From Blasia pusilla (Eukaryota): a DNA stretch of 64,000 nt. The notes beneath the pieces were generated by a model. It ran no database searches. It saw only the letters and a list, made by a program, of their open reading frames with translations, and had not been told where the DNA came from. Made by a program: the position numbers and the translations under genes. The DNA is taken from positions 47,182,001 to 47,246,000 of the forward strand of contig CM114271.1 of NCBI GenBank assembly GCA_050084515.1. Reading direction: 5' to 3'. Positions 51,149 to 64,000 of the stretch are shown here, piece after piece (position 1 is the stretch's first letter; each line of letters begins with the position of its first letter).

Positions 51149-52531
51149 GTTGACACGTGGACTTTTTACCCTCCTCCTTTGATGACATGTGTAAAAGAAG
51201 AGTTAAACTGGCGTAACAGAAAAGCTGATGTCTTTCACGCGTGATATTCATTTTCATGGGGCATTATGCTAGTATTCATGATGGAGAAACCAGATTAGAG
51301 AAATAAGAAAAAAGAAATTAATTATCATCTGATAAGAAACAAACCTCCATGAAAAGGAAAGAAATCCCCATAAAAGATGCACTCAAGGATTAAAACCTAA
51401 ATACATCCTTCTTACGACATCGTAGAACAAAGTGCCTATCCAAACCAACGTCCAAGGAGAATTGGAAAATAGTGTAAAGCTAGCCAGTTAGAATCCGAAA
51501 TTGACGACGCCCAAGAAATTTAGCTGGTTGAGATTCTGACGGCTTTAGGGGACATTCTGCAAAATGGATGGCCGAAATTTCTTGAGCCAGAAATGTGCGG
51601 CTTGCTGGGAGGAGTTTGCCAGAATATTTCTGCTTCCGGTCACTTCCCCTGGATTCTTGCCGGATTGTATTTTACGGAGGTTGGAATTTTGCTTGACCAC
51701 TTTCAGGTGGTCGGAACACCGAATAGAAGGCGAGAACCATTAGATTCTCATCAGGAAATCTTGGCCGTCTGAGGTAGAGCATCTGCAACGTAAGGTTTGG
51801 AGTTGAATCGGGAGTCAGAACTTCGAGGCGAGTTAGGAGCCTTAGCGCCTAGGCCTCTGGGGAACGAGTCACCGAGGCCTGCGAAGCCGAAGGGGTCCAT
51901 TCCCTAGAGTCCACACTTTGTGCTCGAGCGGGTCGAGCGACTTGAGCCTCGAATGTCATTTGCGTCTTCACTCAGCCGCATCTCCCAAATCCCATGCACA
52001 TTGTGGCTATGCTTGTCCAAACTTCAAAGTGCCGAGTTTTTTCAGAGTTTCCATTCGATTCTTCACCCTGAGTTCTTGACACGGCTATTGCGGCGAAGCC
52101 GCACCAGAGAGTCAAGTGCTTGCGAGTTGGCTTCAAGGTTCAGGAAGATGTTTTTGAACTACCAGAGTATTACTTGTAATATTTACTATTACCCAGTTTC
52201 TTTTACAGGTTGTCGGCTCCAAGAGGGTGTTATCATGTGTACAAGTTTTTTTCTGATATTTTTAATATTAATCTGTGGATATCCAAAATTTAGTTTTGTT
52301 CCCACGTTAAATTTCTGTCCAAATTTTTGCTCTCTAGCTTATTTCCGTTTTTTTTGCAAGTCGTCAACAATAATCCGGCCGTTGGTATATTCCCTGGAAA
52401 AAATAAAATCATGTGGAATTCCACCTTTTCTTATTCATTCACTCCCACAATCTAAAGACTTAAATTCTAAAGACTAAACACTCTATTCACTTTCAAGTAC
52501 ATCTATTGAAGTTTCCCATTCCACATTCTAT

Positions 52532-52643
52532 GATATCCTTGGCAGGAGTTGAACCTGATAATACTCCCACCGGTTGGGAGCCAAGGATCCTTCCCCTCTA
52601 GAATACTTGGAGCTTTAGGGCTCCAAGTATTCTAGAAGGGCCC
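52532..52643 (-). other. Conserved hairpin + tRNA-like fold downstream of hAT transposase A
   Basis: Sense strand: CCCTTCTAGAATACTTGGAGC-cctaaa-GCTCCAAGTATTCTAGAGGGG aagg ATCCTTGG CTCCCA-accgg-TGGGAG tattat CAGG-TTCAACT-CCTG CCAAGGAT. Confidence 0.7.
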
Positions 52644-52666
52644 TACCAAACAAATTTATGAACATC

Positions 52667-54881
52667 CTACTTAATAGGTGTTTCATTGTTGTCTTCTCCC
52701 ACATCTGAAGACAAATATTTTTCTGGACTAGCAAATATATACCTAAAATGGGCACAAGTTTTCCATACCACAGACTCAGCTAACAACTCCTCATTATCAA
52801 AGAAAGATCCTTCTAAGGAAATTCTCAAAATAACATCTAAGTATTTAGTCGACAATCTATTGCGAGATTTGCTTTTGATCATATTCTGAATGGAGAATGC
52901 TCTCCCACAAATGACAATACTCACACATTGGACTCTAGCAATATTTTCTAAAACCAAAAAGTTTGAAAATTTACATTGCAAAGAGGGACTCCAACTTACC
53001 ATAGCCCATCTGAAGTTGCGATCCTTCCACTCTGTGGTAGCCATCAGTTTGAAAGACTGAAACTCTTGTTTCACAATAGGAGAATTAATTAGAGCAGGTT
53101 GCAACTGACCCTTAAGAGGTAATTCACCTCCAAAATGACCACACAAGTCATTAAGATCCTTACAACCCCAACTATTCAATCCCACCTGTCTAGAAGGCAT
53201 GTGCAAGGGGTTTAGAATTTTCATTGCACCAATGAGATGGTTATCACGAAATCGTTCCTATAAAGCTGAACAAACACTCTCAGCAAATCTTTTCTGAAAG
53301 AACAAGGCAACCTCCAAGTCCCTACCTGTACGATCGCGGGACATCTCTATACTATGGAACCTTTTACCCCTTACCTCGGACTGTAAGCGTCGAAGATAGC
53401 CACCTTGAGGCCCAAAATCAGGTAAAATGTGATAACCGGTTTCTTCAGAGAAGGTTGATGCATTTAAGTCATGTTTTTCCATCACAAAATTCATAGTGAT
53501 GGAAGCTATCTCGGAATTTACAATACTCCCTACAGTGCTAACATCCACAAACTTGTACTGAAAAATCTTGCTCAAATTTGCAAGCATGGAAAGAATATCA
53601 GCCAGAAAATACATGGTAGATTATTTGGAATGATCTTAGCTTGTTAAATAAACTACCAACATTCCCATCATCTTCCGAAGGAGAGATATCCCTAAAATAA
53701 CTCAACACCGATTCTAGAGAATCACACAATGTGGAAACAGCTTGCCATCAAGATAACCATCGTATTTTATGGTATCTTTTCATGACTCGTTGGGAGTCAT
53801 TGAACTTCTCCTGCAAAGATGTTAAGACTGTTTTCCTCTTGGAGAACCTCCGGAAGTAACCAGCAACAGCATTGAGAATGGAATCTACTTTAGTAGAGAT
53901 CGACTTGCAATTAGTTGCTTTCGCAGCAGACAAAGCAGCAAGATTTTTCCTATGAGCAACACAATGAACAGATAGAATGTAGGGGTTCACCTTTTGCTTC
54001 ATTTGTGAAGCTACCCCTGTCTGGCTACCTACCATTGTTGAGGCCCCATCAGATCCAAATGCTACCATCTTGGTAAACTCCAACCCTCCGTCCTTGATTA
54101 GTTGCAACAAGGTTTCAGTAATGGCATTAGAAGATTTGGATTCGCATTGAAGTAATCCTAGAAAACAACATTTTGCTTGACCCTCTTCAAATGAAAGTGG
54201 CAAACACAACTAAATGACCTGTAACAGATATATCGGTGGATTCATCAATCATGATACCGAAAAAGGGAGAAGCCTGCACTCTAGAAAGAGTTCTTCTCTG
54301 TAGAACTTGGGTGATATAATAAGATATTTCACTGCAACTCTTTTCATCGTGGTAAAGATCTCTGGTTATAGGTGCATTTACAGAAAGCATTAACTTATAG
54401 AGTTGGGGAATTTCAAAAATGGAATTGCCTCCTTCGCAAGGAAGTATGCACACCTAAACAATGTTAGGAGGGCTACTTCACAAGTTTGGTTTGCTGTCCC
54501 AATGGCCTTGGCCATCGATTGCTTACCTCCATTTGCAGCCCATGACAACTTGATATGCTCATTGGACTTGGCGTGGTCAGTGAATGCAGAGACTTTGCAA
54601 TTGATTGCTCCATCTCTAGCAAAAGCACTCTTCCCCTTACCCTTCCTACATACTTTACAAAAAATTCTACCAAGGGCTGAATCATAGTCAATCCATTCGT
54701 ACATTGAGTACCAAACGTCCTTCCAAGCTACGCGAACTTTCTCAGGTAAGGCTGCACTACTGCTTGACGTAGGTTTTTCATCTTTATCATCAAATGAGCC
54801 AAAAAATGCAATGATATTTGGAACATCGTTCCGGCATCCCTTGTCTAAGAAAGCACTCATGGTCTTCTGTCTCTTGGCCAT
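52667..54881 (-). pseudogene. hAT-superfamily (ZNF862-like) transposase, copy A
   Basis: MAKRQKTM start; Zn finger IFCKVC..FTDHAKSNEH; FFGIMIDESTD; AFGSDGASTMVG; VHCVAHR; IRWLS; C-terminal dimerisation region AFSIQNMIKSKSRNRLS. Frameshifted. Confidence 0.9.
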
Positions 54882-57416
54882 TAAACCACAATAAATAGAC
54901 TCGAATGCGGGAAACAAGTATATAAACCAACAGGTGGCCAAGGCTCAAGCAAATGGCCTGTTCTTTCAAATCAGATGGAAGAGTTCATGCAGATCTAGAG
55001 CTACGAAGCTTCAAGTCAAGAACGCGAACTTCCAAAGCACTTACTAAACCCTAAACTTTACTTCAGTAAACTTAATCTAAACATCTGAGAATTTGTGAAA
55101 AAAGGTACTAATCTCTGCAAGCTGGAAATTGAATCCACTACCCAAATATGACATTCGAATTGAACCAATCCCCAAGTATGAGAGTCCGGAGACCAATTGA
55201 AAAATGGCTACAACGAAAGCCGATTTGCAACTTCAAGACTTCAACGGGGCTCACTGTGAATCAACAGCCAAATCATGTTACTGAAAAACGAAACAGAAAA
55301 TACACTAACGCTAAACTGAAGTACGGATCTGCGGAGGAAAAGCGTAGAGCAGCAAAGTAGCAAAAACGAGCAGCAGCAAATCAGAGAGCGACAAAACATC
55401 AAACATTCGGAGCAGTAGGAATGGAGCGGACGTCGACAAGAATGTTGGGGCAAGGCCAAAACTCATACCAGCAAGGCTGTCTTGCAAAAGCGAGCAGAGC
55501 TGTCGTGCATGAGCAGACGTTGAGGGAAGATATTGGGGCAAGGCCACAGGGTCAAAACTCAGACCGCCAAGGCTATCGTGAAGTTGAGCATGAGCCAACG
55601 TTGAGCGGAGTTGCTGCGCAATAGTAGACGTCGAGCGGAGCTGCGCTGTAGAGAGAGAAAATCTACGGAATCGGAGTTCGGCTGCTTCTTCACTGTGTAG
55701 TGAAGAAAAGAGTTTGGACACGGGAGAATCTCAAAGAATTTCCAAACTCGAGTGCGGAGTTGGGCAACTTCAGCTGCTTCGACACTATGTAGTGAAGAAA
55801 AGAGTTCGAATGCTGGAGTCGAGACCGGGCGGGAATTTGGCAACGCTTTGCCAACGTCGAGTGAGAGGAGAGGAAAACTTGTCGAATGAGGGGGGGGAGG
55901 GCCTCCCCGGCGTACTACCCCTAGGGCCCAGCCTCCCTGGGCCCAGGCTCAGAAAGACCAAAGCCACAGCTTCCCCCGTAACCCGGGCTAGAAAGCCGTC
56001 GATGGAGATCGGACGGCTAAAGGGGCATACGGATTAGGGTTCAGCACTGTCCCACTAAGTTTTGACGGTGCGGATCTCTACATAAAAAACTAATCTCCAT
56101 CCAACCTTCCATCATGCCATCCAATCCCCCTATGCCACCTACGTACCTGGTTTCTGATAGTCAGGAATTAAAGCAACAGCATTCCGTGAGGCTTATTCCG
56201 GGAAGCCATCGTCTTCTGCCGGCTTCAGTCGGCCCTCCGCCATATTCGGCACATTCATGCTGGAATCCAGACAAGCACCGTCAGTCCCGACATCGCCCCG
56301 TCAAATTCTGGTACATGTGCAAGGCTCGCCAGAAGTCCTTCGGGAACTTCCCCTACTAGATCGGAAATTCACGAAAAGTGTCGGCAAACACTACTCGTGA
56401 CTCCGGATCTATGAAAAGATTGGTTCTTCTTCGGACCAGTTCAGCTAGCTATTCACTTGTTTTTCCTCCCTTTTTTTTCTACACGATCGCGAACGTCATT
56501 TGCGTCTACAGTGTCTTCTGAGTCCCGTGCACACTCCAGTGTGCGAAGTGCTCTTCCAAAGTTCTGAGTCTTTTCAACATTTTGAGTCCTTGTTCAATTC
56601 CTTACCTTGGGTCCTTGATGTGGTTGATGCGGCAAAGCCCTGGTCGAGAGTTGAGTTCTAGGGAGTCGGGAGTAGGCGCCTTGGAGTTTTTTTGGCTGTT
56701 TTCTAGGTTTCTGCTCGAGTGGTCAAGAGTTGGCATCCCGTGGGCTTTCCTGCTGTTATCCTTTTTATGGCCGAGCGTTGGGGACTTGGGATTCCGTATC
56801 CTAGGGCCTTTCCGAGCTATTCTCTCTTTTTTCTGCTTGAGTTTCTACACTGATTGGTGCCCGAGAGTTCATGTGCTCGGGCCAACTTGGCTCTTTTGCA
56901 ATTTGGCTTTTATCTCGAGTGCCCGGGAGTGTGGAGGATGAGACTGAGTGTCGAATGTGTAACCTTGTCAACTTGCTCTAACTACTCAAATCTCCAGTGC
57001 TCATTCTATAGCTTGAATCCTCGACCACCACGTCTTATGTTGGAGCTTTGCGTTTTGTGGATATTGCACTCTAGAGCTTTAATGTTTACACTTTTGTGAG
57101 AGGGTTTAGGCTGCTTTGTTTGACTTGCCTAAGTTTCTTCTCAGCCTTAGCGTTGCTCTACTCATGAGAGTCAGAGGCCCTATTTTTCGCTCTTGATCTT
57201 GGTTCTGGGTCTGCTTTGCTCTCGGGTTTGGCAGCAGAAAGTGATTTTGGCTAGAGTCTTGGGTTTTTCGACTTGGGCCTTTTGCTATGAGTCTTGGACT
57301 CTCGGATGCAACCTTTCTTTTGTTGTGAGACACTTTTTCTCTTGTCCAAAACATGAGGCCTTGTGCCCGGCTCTCATTTAGACCTAAACCTTTGTTAAAC
57401 CTTCATTGTCTCATAC

Positions 57417-59703
57417 GTGGCTAAGAGACAGCGAACCATGAGTGAGATGTTGGCCAAAGACGTAAGCCGAGACTTTCCAGAGATCTCAAGCCGGTCAGGG
57501 TCCTCAGATGGGAAGGAAGTTGAGAATTCCGGTACTCCTTCCAGTAGTCTAATTAAGAAGAATCAACTGGCTTGGAAGGATGTCTGGTACAACTTATTTG
57601 ACTGGATAGAGTTTCATGTAGAATTTGGAAGAATATTTTGTAAGGTTTGTAGACAAGGAAAGGGTAAAAATTCCTTTGCAAGGGATGGTGCCATAAACTG
57701 TAAGGTTTCAACCTTTACAAATCATAGAAATACGATTGAGCATATGAAACTTTATTGGGCTGCTAATATAGGAAACAGGTCGCTGGCCAAGGCCATTGCC
57801 ACTACTAATTGGACTTGTGACCAAGCCTTGTTAATATTGTTCAAGTGTGCATACTTCATCGCTAAGGAATCATTGGCTCTTGCCAAATTCCCGAATCTGT
57901 GTAAGCTGTTACTTTGAGTGAATGCACTAATTACCCGAGATTTATACCAAGATGAGAAGAGTTGTGTTGATATGTGTTATTATGTCAGTCAGGTAGTGCA
58001 CAGAAGGACACTTTTAAAAGTTCAACAATCTCCTTTCTTTGGGATCATGATTGATGAGTCCACTGATATTTCAGTAACACCCCATCTCGTTGTATTTGCA
58101 ACTTACTTATTAGAAGGGCAGGTCGAGAATTCCTTCTTAGGATTTTTGCGATGTCTAGAGAAGTCTTCAAATGCCATTACTAATCTTTTGGAGTTGATCA
58201 AGGACTTAGGACTAGCGAGTTCAAAGACGGTGGCTTTTGGATCAGATGGAGCCTCAACTATGGTATGTAGTCAGAATGGAGTAGCATCTCACTTGAAGTT
58301 GAAGGCAAACCCTTTTTTGCTCTCTGTACACTGCGTTGCACATAGGACCAATATTGCTTCTTTGACAACAGCCAAAGGACCAGGTTGTAAAGATGTATCT
58401 ACAGAGATTGATTCCATCTTGAATTCTGTAGCTGGATACTTTAGAAGGTCCTCAAAGAGGAAGTGTGCTCTTGCAACTTTGCAAGAGAAGGTGAATGACT
58501 CTCTACAGGTCATGAAGAGATATCATAAAGTTCGTTGGTTGTCTCGATGGCAAGCCGTGACTACTTTGTGTGACTCCCTTGAATCTGTTCTTGCCTATTT
58601 CAAGGATATTCCCTGCTCTGAAGATGATGGTAATGCCACTAACATGTACAACAAGCTGAGATCATTTGAAATGATCTATCAATTGTACTTTTGACAGACA
58701 TATTGTTTATCCTTGCTAATTTGAGTAAGGTTTTCCAATACAAATTTGTAGATGTTAGTACTATTGGTAGTATTGTGAATGCTAAGATTGCCTCTATTTC
58801 AATGAACTTTGTAATGGAGAATCATGACTTGAATGCTTCTACATTCTCGGAAGAAACATGTTATAATCTCTTACCTAATTTTGGACCCCCTAGTGGATAC
58901 TTGAAACAATTGCAATCTGAGATTAGGGGTAGAAATTTCCATAGCATTGAAATGTTGAGAGATCGTACGGGAAAGGATCTACCGGATGCTCTAACTTTCC
59001 ACAAGAACTTTGCTGAGAATGCATGTGTAGCCTTACACATGCCACCTATCAAACTATTGTCCCTAAATCCTTAAAAAGATTTAGGGACAATAGTTTGATA
59101 GGTGCAATGAAAATTATGAATCCTCTTCATATGCCCTCAAGGTTAGTAGGGTTGAATAATTGGGGTTGTAAGGAAGTGGATGATCTTTGCGCACATTTTG
59201 GAAGGGAAACGCCTTTGAGGGGTCACTTGCAACCACCTCTTGTGAATTCAGCAAGTGTAAAGTCTGAGTTTCAATCATTTAAGCTCATGGCCACCACAAA
59301 ATGGAAAGATAGAAACTTTCGAGATTTGTGGGCAATGGTAAGTTGGAGCCCATCTCTGCAATGTAAGTTCTCTAATTTGCTTGTATTAGCTAAAATTGCT
59401 AGGGTACAATGTGTGAGTGTTGTAATTTGTGAGAGGGATTTCTCTGTGCAAAATTTGATCAAGACAACAAGTCGTAATCAATTGACGACTAAGCATCTAG
59501 ATATGGTTCTCATGATAGCTTTAGAGGGTAAGATACTTGATTATGAGGATTTTTTGGTAGAATCAGAACTCCTTTGGAAAAATTGTGTTAACTTTAGATA
59601 TGTGTATTTTAATCCAGAGATATATGTGAATGGTAAGGATGATACTCCACTAGAGGTTGCAAATGTAGAGGATTCTCCAAGTGCCCCAATTTCAAATGTT
59701 TAG
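57417..59703 (+). pseudogene. hAT-superfamily transposase, copy B
   Basis: Same motifs (IDESTD, SDGAS, HCVAH, RWLSRW, CERDFS), with in-frame stops and frameshifts. Confidence 0.9.
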
Positions 59704-59731
59704 TTGGTGGGAAGAGAGAGATATGAGAGGT

Positions 59732-59865
59732 CCCTTTCATAATACATTGAAGATTTGTTTGAAATCTTCACAATACAAATCTTCAATGTATTATGAAGGG
59801 GTAAGATCCTTGGCTCCCGGTTGGGTAGAGGCCAGGCTAGGTTTGATTACTGCCAAGGATGTTAC
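59732..59865 (+). other. Conserved hairpin + tRNA-like fold downstream of hAT transposase B
   Basis: CCCTTTCATAATACATTGAAGATTTGT...ACAAATCTTCAATGTATTATGAAGGGG taag ATCCTTGG CTCCC..GGG..GAG gccaggc TAGG-TTTGATT-ACTG CCAAGGAT. Confidence 0.65.
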
Positions 59866-61929
59866 AAGGGAGGAAAGAGTTTAGGGACCCAAGGAGATGG
59901 ACCAGGGAACTAGAAGAATGGAACATGGAGTGAGTGTAGGAACTACTGTGAGCAAGAAATAGCAAAGGTGAAAATGTAAAGAGGCAACAAAAAAATTTAG
60001 CCGGTTGATATTCTGGCTACCGGAAATTTTCCGGGGTTGTCTGACAAATTTATGAAATCTGCCGGGATAATTTTTTTTTAAATGGATAATTTGCCGCTAA
60101 AAAAAAAGTTTCCTTTTTTTCCCCGACTAACTTTTCCCAAAAACCGTCGTACTTAAAAATTTACCGGCAACCAGCGAGTTTTCGCCAAAAACTCCCCGGA
60201 CCTTGATCCAAACGTCATATGCACTTCGCATTGATGCACCACGTGTGAGTGCGCTCGCTCGCCTCCACTCTCACCCTTCGAGCAATGAACGGGCAGAACC
60301 GGGGCTACGTGTTGACCTAGCCGGGAAAATTCAGAGAATTCTGGGCCGTGTTTGAACATTCCGGATGCAATTTTGAGTGGGGTTGGAGGTATCCCGGAAA
60401 CCTGCTGGCCGGAAAGGGGTAGGGCGGTTTTCTACTGAGTCCCGGGGAATATGTGACGGAAATGCGGCGTTCCAACGACATGCCATCCGGTTTCTAGTTG
60501 CCGGCCAAAAAGGTCATTCTGGTTTGCTGCGGCATCAGTTGCCGGCTCCCGGAAAACTAGAAAATATAGGATTTAATCGAGGCCCTCCATCTTAGGGCAA
60601 GCCGCCACGTCGAGACTCAGATGAGGCCGCTAGGGGGCGGGGCCTAGGGCGTAGCCGCGTGCGATTCGCAGGAATCGAGTTCAATCGACTCGGGCCTAGA
60701 CGAGACTCCGAGGGGGTAGAGTGGAGGGGGATCCGAGGGGCTGTCATTTGCATGCCTCCCTTCTTCTGAGTTTGTGACCTCACTCGTCCTCGCTCGCACG
60801 GCTTTTTTTTTGCGCTCTCTCTCTATTGCTTCGCGTCGCTGCGAGCTCGGTGGTGTCTTTTCTTCGCTGCTCGCTCGTTGGTGTCTTTGCGGCGTTGCTC
60901 GATCCTTGGTGTTTTCTTGCATCTGCTCGATCCTCTGTTTCTTCGCGCTATTGCTCTTTCTTAATTGTGGTTGCTCGACCCTAAACGAGTTGGTGCTCAT
61001 TCTTTCCTTCGTTCAGGCCTGAGCTGCTCGACTCTAGCGCCGTCTGCTCTTGCCGTGTTTTTTTGGTCGAGGCCTGACTATGTTGTGTGTTGCATTGTTG
61101 CTCATGTGCTGAGCTACTCCTCGTGCAGGCCTGACTGTCTTGTGCGCGCTGTCGAGGTGCTCTCGTCTAGACTGACTCTCAACTCTTGAGTTGATTTCGT
61201 GACTTGTCCAAGCCCAAGTCCACCCAATTCTCTTGTGGTTGATGATGTTAAGCTGCTTTCGTCTTGGCCCGATTCCGAGCTGCTACTGATTTCGTCAATG
61301 CCCGAGCTCTATTTGTATACTCCAATTTCGCGCTCGTCTAGCCATTTTTTTCTCTGGTCCAGTCTCGACTTGACCTGTCGTTTGAGTCTTCTTGGTTCGT
61401 GGAGTCTCGGGTGCACTTGAGGTGCATACTCGAGGACTGTGACTGGTAGAACTTTGAAGCTCCACTGACCCGCTGTTGTGTTTGAACTTTGAAGTCTTCG
61501 TGTTTGTGCCCTTGTGCTCTTCGTTGCTACTTGAGTATCGGCAGCTCTGGCTTCAGAACTCTGAATGTACATGAATCCGAGCCGCGATTACGGACCTTAG
61601 GGAATCAGGTGTGTTTGATAACACATTGCATTGGCTCATAGTATCTTTTGCCAAGTCTTGGGGTTTAAGTACTTTTCAGATCCGCATTTTCTTGAGCTCC
61701 ATTGTTTCTTTAGCACCTACTAAGTGACAGGTTTATGTTGCGCAGCTTGCACAGCTTTGCTTAGAGTTTTACTCAGGTAAAGCCTTAGGTAGGGCATTAG
61801 GGCTCGCGGGTTTGGGTTACTTTAGTGAAGTGCACAACAATAAGAGAAAAATTGTACTAAGAATATAGTAGGTCCTTTACACCATATTTTAGTATCAACG
61901 TCATAGTTCTGCACTCTCTGAGCCTCTAC

Positions 61930-63870
61930 ATGGCTAAGAGACAGCGAACTATGAATGAGATGCTACACAAAGAAAGTTAGTCAAGACTTCGCAGAGGAGA
62001 ACAGTAGGTCAGGATCATCGGATGGGAGAGAAGGGGACAAATCAAATACTCCTCCGATAAGTCAGAGTAAGAAAAACATATTGGCTTGGAAGGATGTTTG
62101 GTATACTTTGTTCGATTGGATAGAATTCCATGTAGAATCTGGTTGGATTTTTTGCAAAGTTTGTATACAGGGTAAGGGGAAAAGCTCCTTTGCTAGGGAT
62201 AGTGCCATTAATTGTAAGGTTTCGGCCTTCACAAATCATGGTAAGTCGAATGAGCACATGAAGCTTGCATGGGCTGCGAATGTGGGGAACAGATCCATGG
62301 CCAAGGCTATAGCCACTACAAATCGGACTTGTGATATTGCACTTTTGACTTTGTTCAAATGTGCATATTTCGTTGCAAAGGAAGCCTTGCCATTTTCAAA
62401 GTTCTCAAATCTGTGTAAGTTATTGATTTCTGTGAGTGCACCTATAACCCGCGACTTGTACCAAGATGAAAAAATTTGTGCTGATATGTGTTATTATATT
62501 AGCCAGGTTCTTCTTAGGAGAAACCTTTCTAAAGTGCAACAATCTCCTTTCTTTGGGATAATGATTGACGAGTCCACAGATATCTCTGTCACTGGACACC
62601 TTGTTGTATTTGCAACTTACTTAGATGAGGGCCAGGTAGAGAGTTGTTTTATAGGATTGCTACAACGTCCAGAGAAATGTTCGAACGCAATCACTCATAA
62701 TTTGTTGGAGTTGATAAAGGATTCGGGACTAGAGGGATCAAAATTTGTGGCCTTTGGATCTTGTGGAGCTTCTACTATGGTAGGAAGCCAAAACGGAGTG
62801 GCATCTCAGCTGAAACAGAAGTTAAATCCTTTCATGTTGTCTGTGCATGAAAGGATTTAACACAGCACACAGTAAGAATCTTGTTGCTTCAACAACAGCA
62901 AAATGTGTAGGATGTAAGGAAATATCTACAGAAGTAGATTCAATATTGAATGCAGTAGCTGGATATTTTAGAAGGTCGTCCAAGAGGAAGCTTCCATAAC
63001 AATGAATTTTGTAATGGAGAACCCTGATCTGAATGCCTCAACTTTCTCTGAAGAAACTGGTTATCACATTCTACCAGACTTTGGTCCTCCATATGGGTAT
63101 TTGAAACGTTTACAGTCTGAGATTAGGGGCAGAAAGTTTCATAGTATTGAATTGTTGAGGAATCGGACCGGGAAAGATTTAGAGGCTGCCTTGTTGTTTC
63201 AAAAGAATTTTTCTGAGAGTGTTTGTATAGCTTTACAAGATCGGTTTAAGGATAACAATTTGATTAGTGCTATGAGGATAATGAATCCTCTGCACATGCC
63301 TTCAAGGCAAGTGGGACTGAATAGTTGGGGTTGTAAGGAATTAGATGACCTCTGTGCACATTTTGGGACAGACTTACCCTTCAAAGGTCAATTGCAACGT
63401 TCTTTACTGAGTATAGCAGCCATGAAACAAGAGTTTCAATCATTTAAGCTCATGGCCACTACGGAGTGGAAAGGTCGAAACTTCAAGGACTTGTGGGCTA
63501 TGGTAAGTTGGAGCCCGTCCTTGCAATGTAAGTTCTCTAACTTGCTCATTTTAGCCAACATTGCTAGGGTACAATGTGTTAGTACTGCTATTTGTGAGAG
63601 AGCCTTCTCTGTGCAGAATGTGATTAAGACTAAAAGTAGAAATAGATTATTGACAAAGCATCTGGATGTTGTTCTTAGGATTGCCTTAGAGGGGAAAATA
63701 GATGATTGTGCAACTTTGTTGGTTGAATCTGTAGTTTTTGGAAGAATTTTGCACACTTTAGGTATGTGTATGCCAATCCTGAGAGATATGTTTATGAGAT
63801 AGAAATTCCACCAGAGGTTCGTGTAAATTTAGATGCTTTAGACCCAAGTGAAGTTGTTGTGGATGTGTAA
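61930..63870 (+). pseudogene. hAT-superfamily transposase, copy C (internal deletion)
   Basis: Same motifs. Jumps from ..FRRSSKRK directly to ..SITMNFVME at about 62990, losing the RW-motif region present in A and B. Confidence 0.9.
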
Positions 63871-63908
63871 GATGAGGGGGAAAAGCTTAGGGTTAGGGAT
63901 AAGGGGGT

Positions 63909-64000
63909 CCCTTTTCTGATACATTGAAGCTTTCATTAAAAAGCTTCAATGTATTATAGAGGGGTAAGATCCTTGGCTCCCAAATGGTGGGAGGCCTAGC
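63909..64000 (+). other. Conserved hairpin + start of the tRNA-like fold downstream of hAT transposase C (runs off the window)
   Basis: CCCTTTTCTGATACATTGAAGCTTT-cattaa-AAAGCTTCAATGTATTATAGAGGGG taag ATCCTTGG CTCCCA-aatgg-TGGGAG. Confidence 0.65.

Noticed and set aside
52535-52588. Annotation as a true tRNA gene
   Set aside because: There is no anticodon arm and the arm geometry is non-standard. Reported as tRNA-like only.
63887-63898. TTAGGGTTAGGG telomere-like motif
   Set aside because: Only two units, not the plant TTTAGGG array, and compatible with chance.

Overview
Transposon-rich land-plant nuclear DNA; a seed-free plant such as a fern is my guess, not something the sequence proves. 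There is one clearly recognisable host gene: a 20-exon fatty acid amide hydrolase (FAAH) on the minus strand, 4568-15086, 604 aa when spliced by hand. There is also one intronless orphan ORF of about 544 aa (36862-38496). The rest is nested mobile DNA. The main observation is two decayed copies (21950-34040 and 43548-51148, minus strand) of a Ty3/Gypsy-type retrotransposon. Its polyprotein reads Gag - protease - DNMT3-like C5 cytosine methyltransferase - RT - RNase H - DDE integrase - PHD finger. Its ends are split direct repeats (B...A'-B-A) rather than two matching LTRs, and I found no PBS or PPT. A second observation concerns three diverged hAT (ZNF862-like) transposase pseudogenes at 52.7-63.9 kb. 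Each is followed by a covarying long hairpin plus a tRNA-like fold with a T-loop/B-box (the third copy is cut off by the window end). Also present: a solo-LTR-like insert carrying an integrase fragment, Copia and LINE remnants, two Helitron 3' ends and several degenerate tandem arrays. All alignments were done by eye and no database searches were run.
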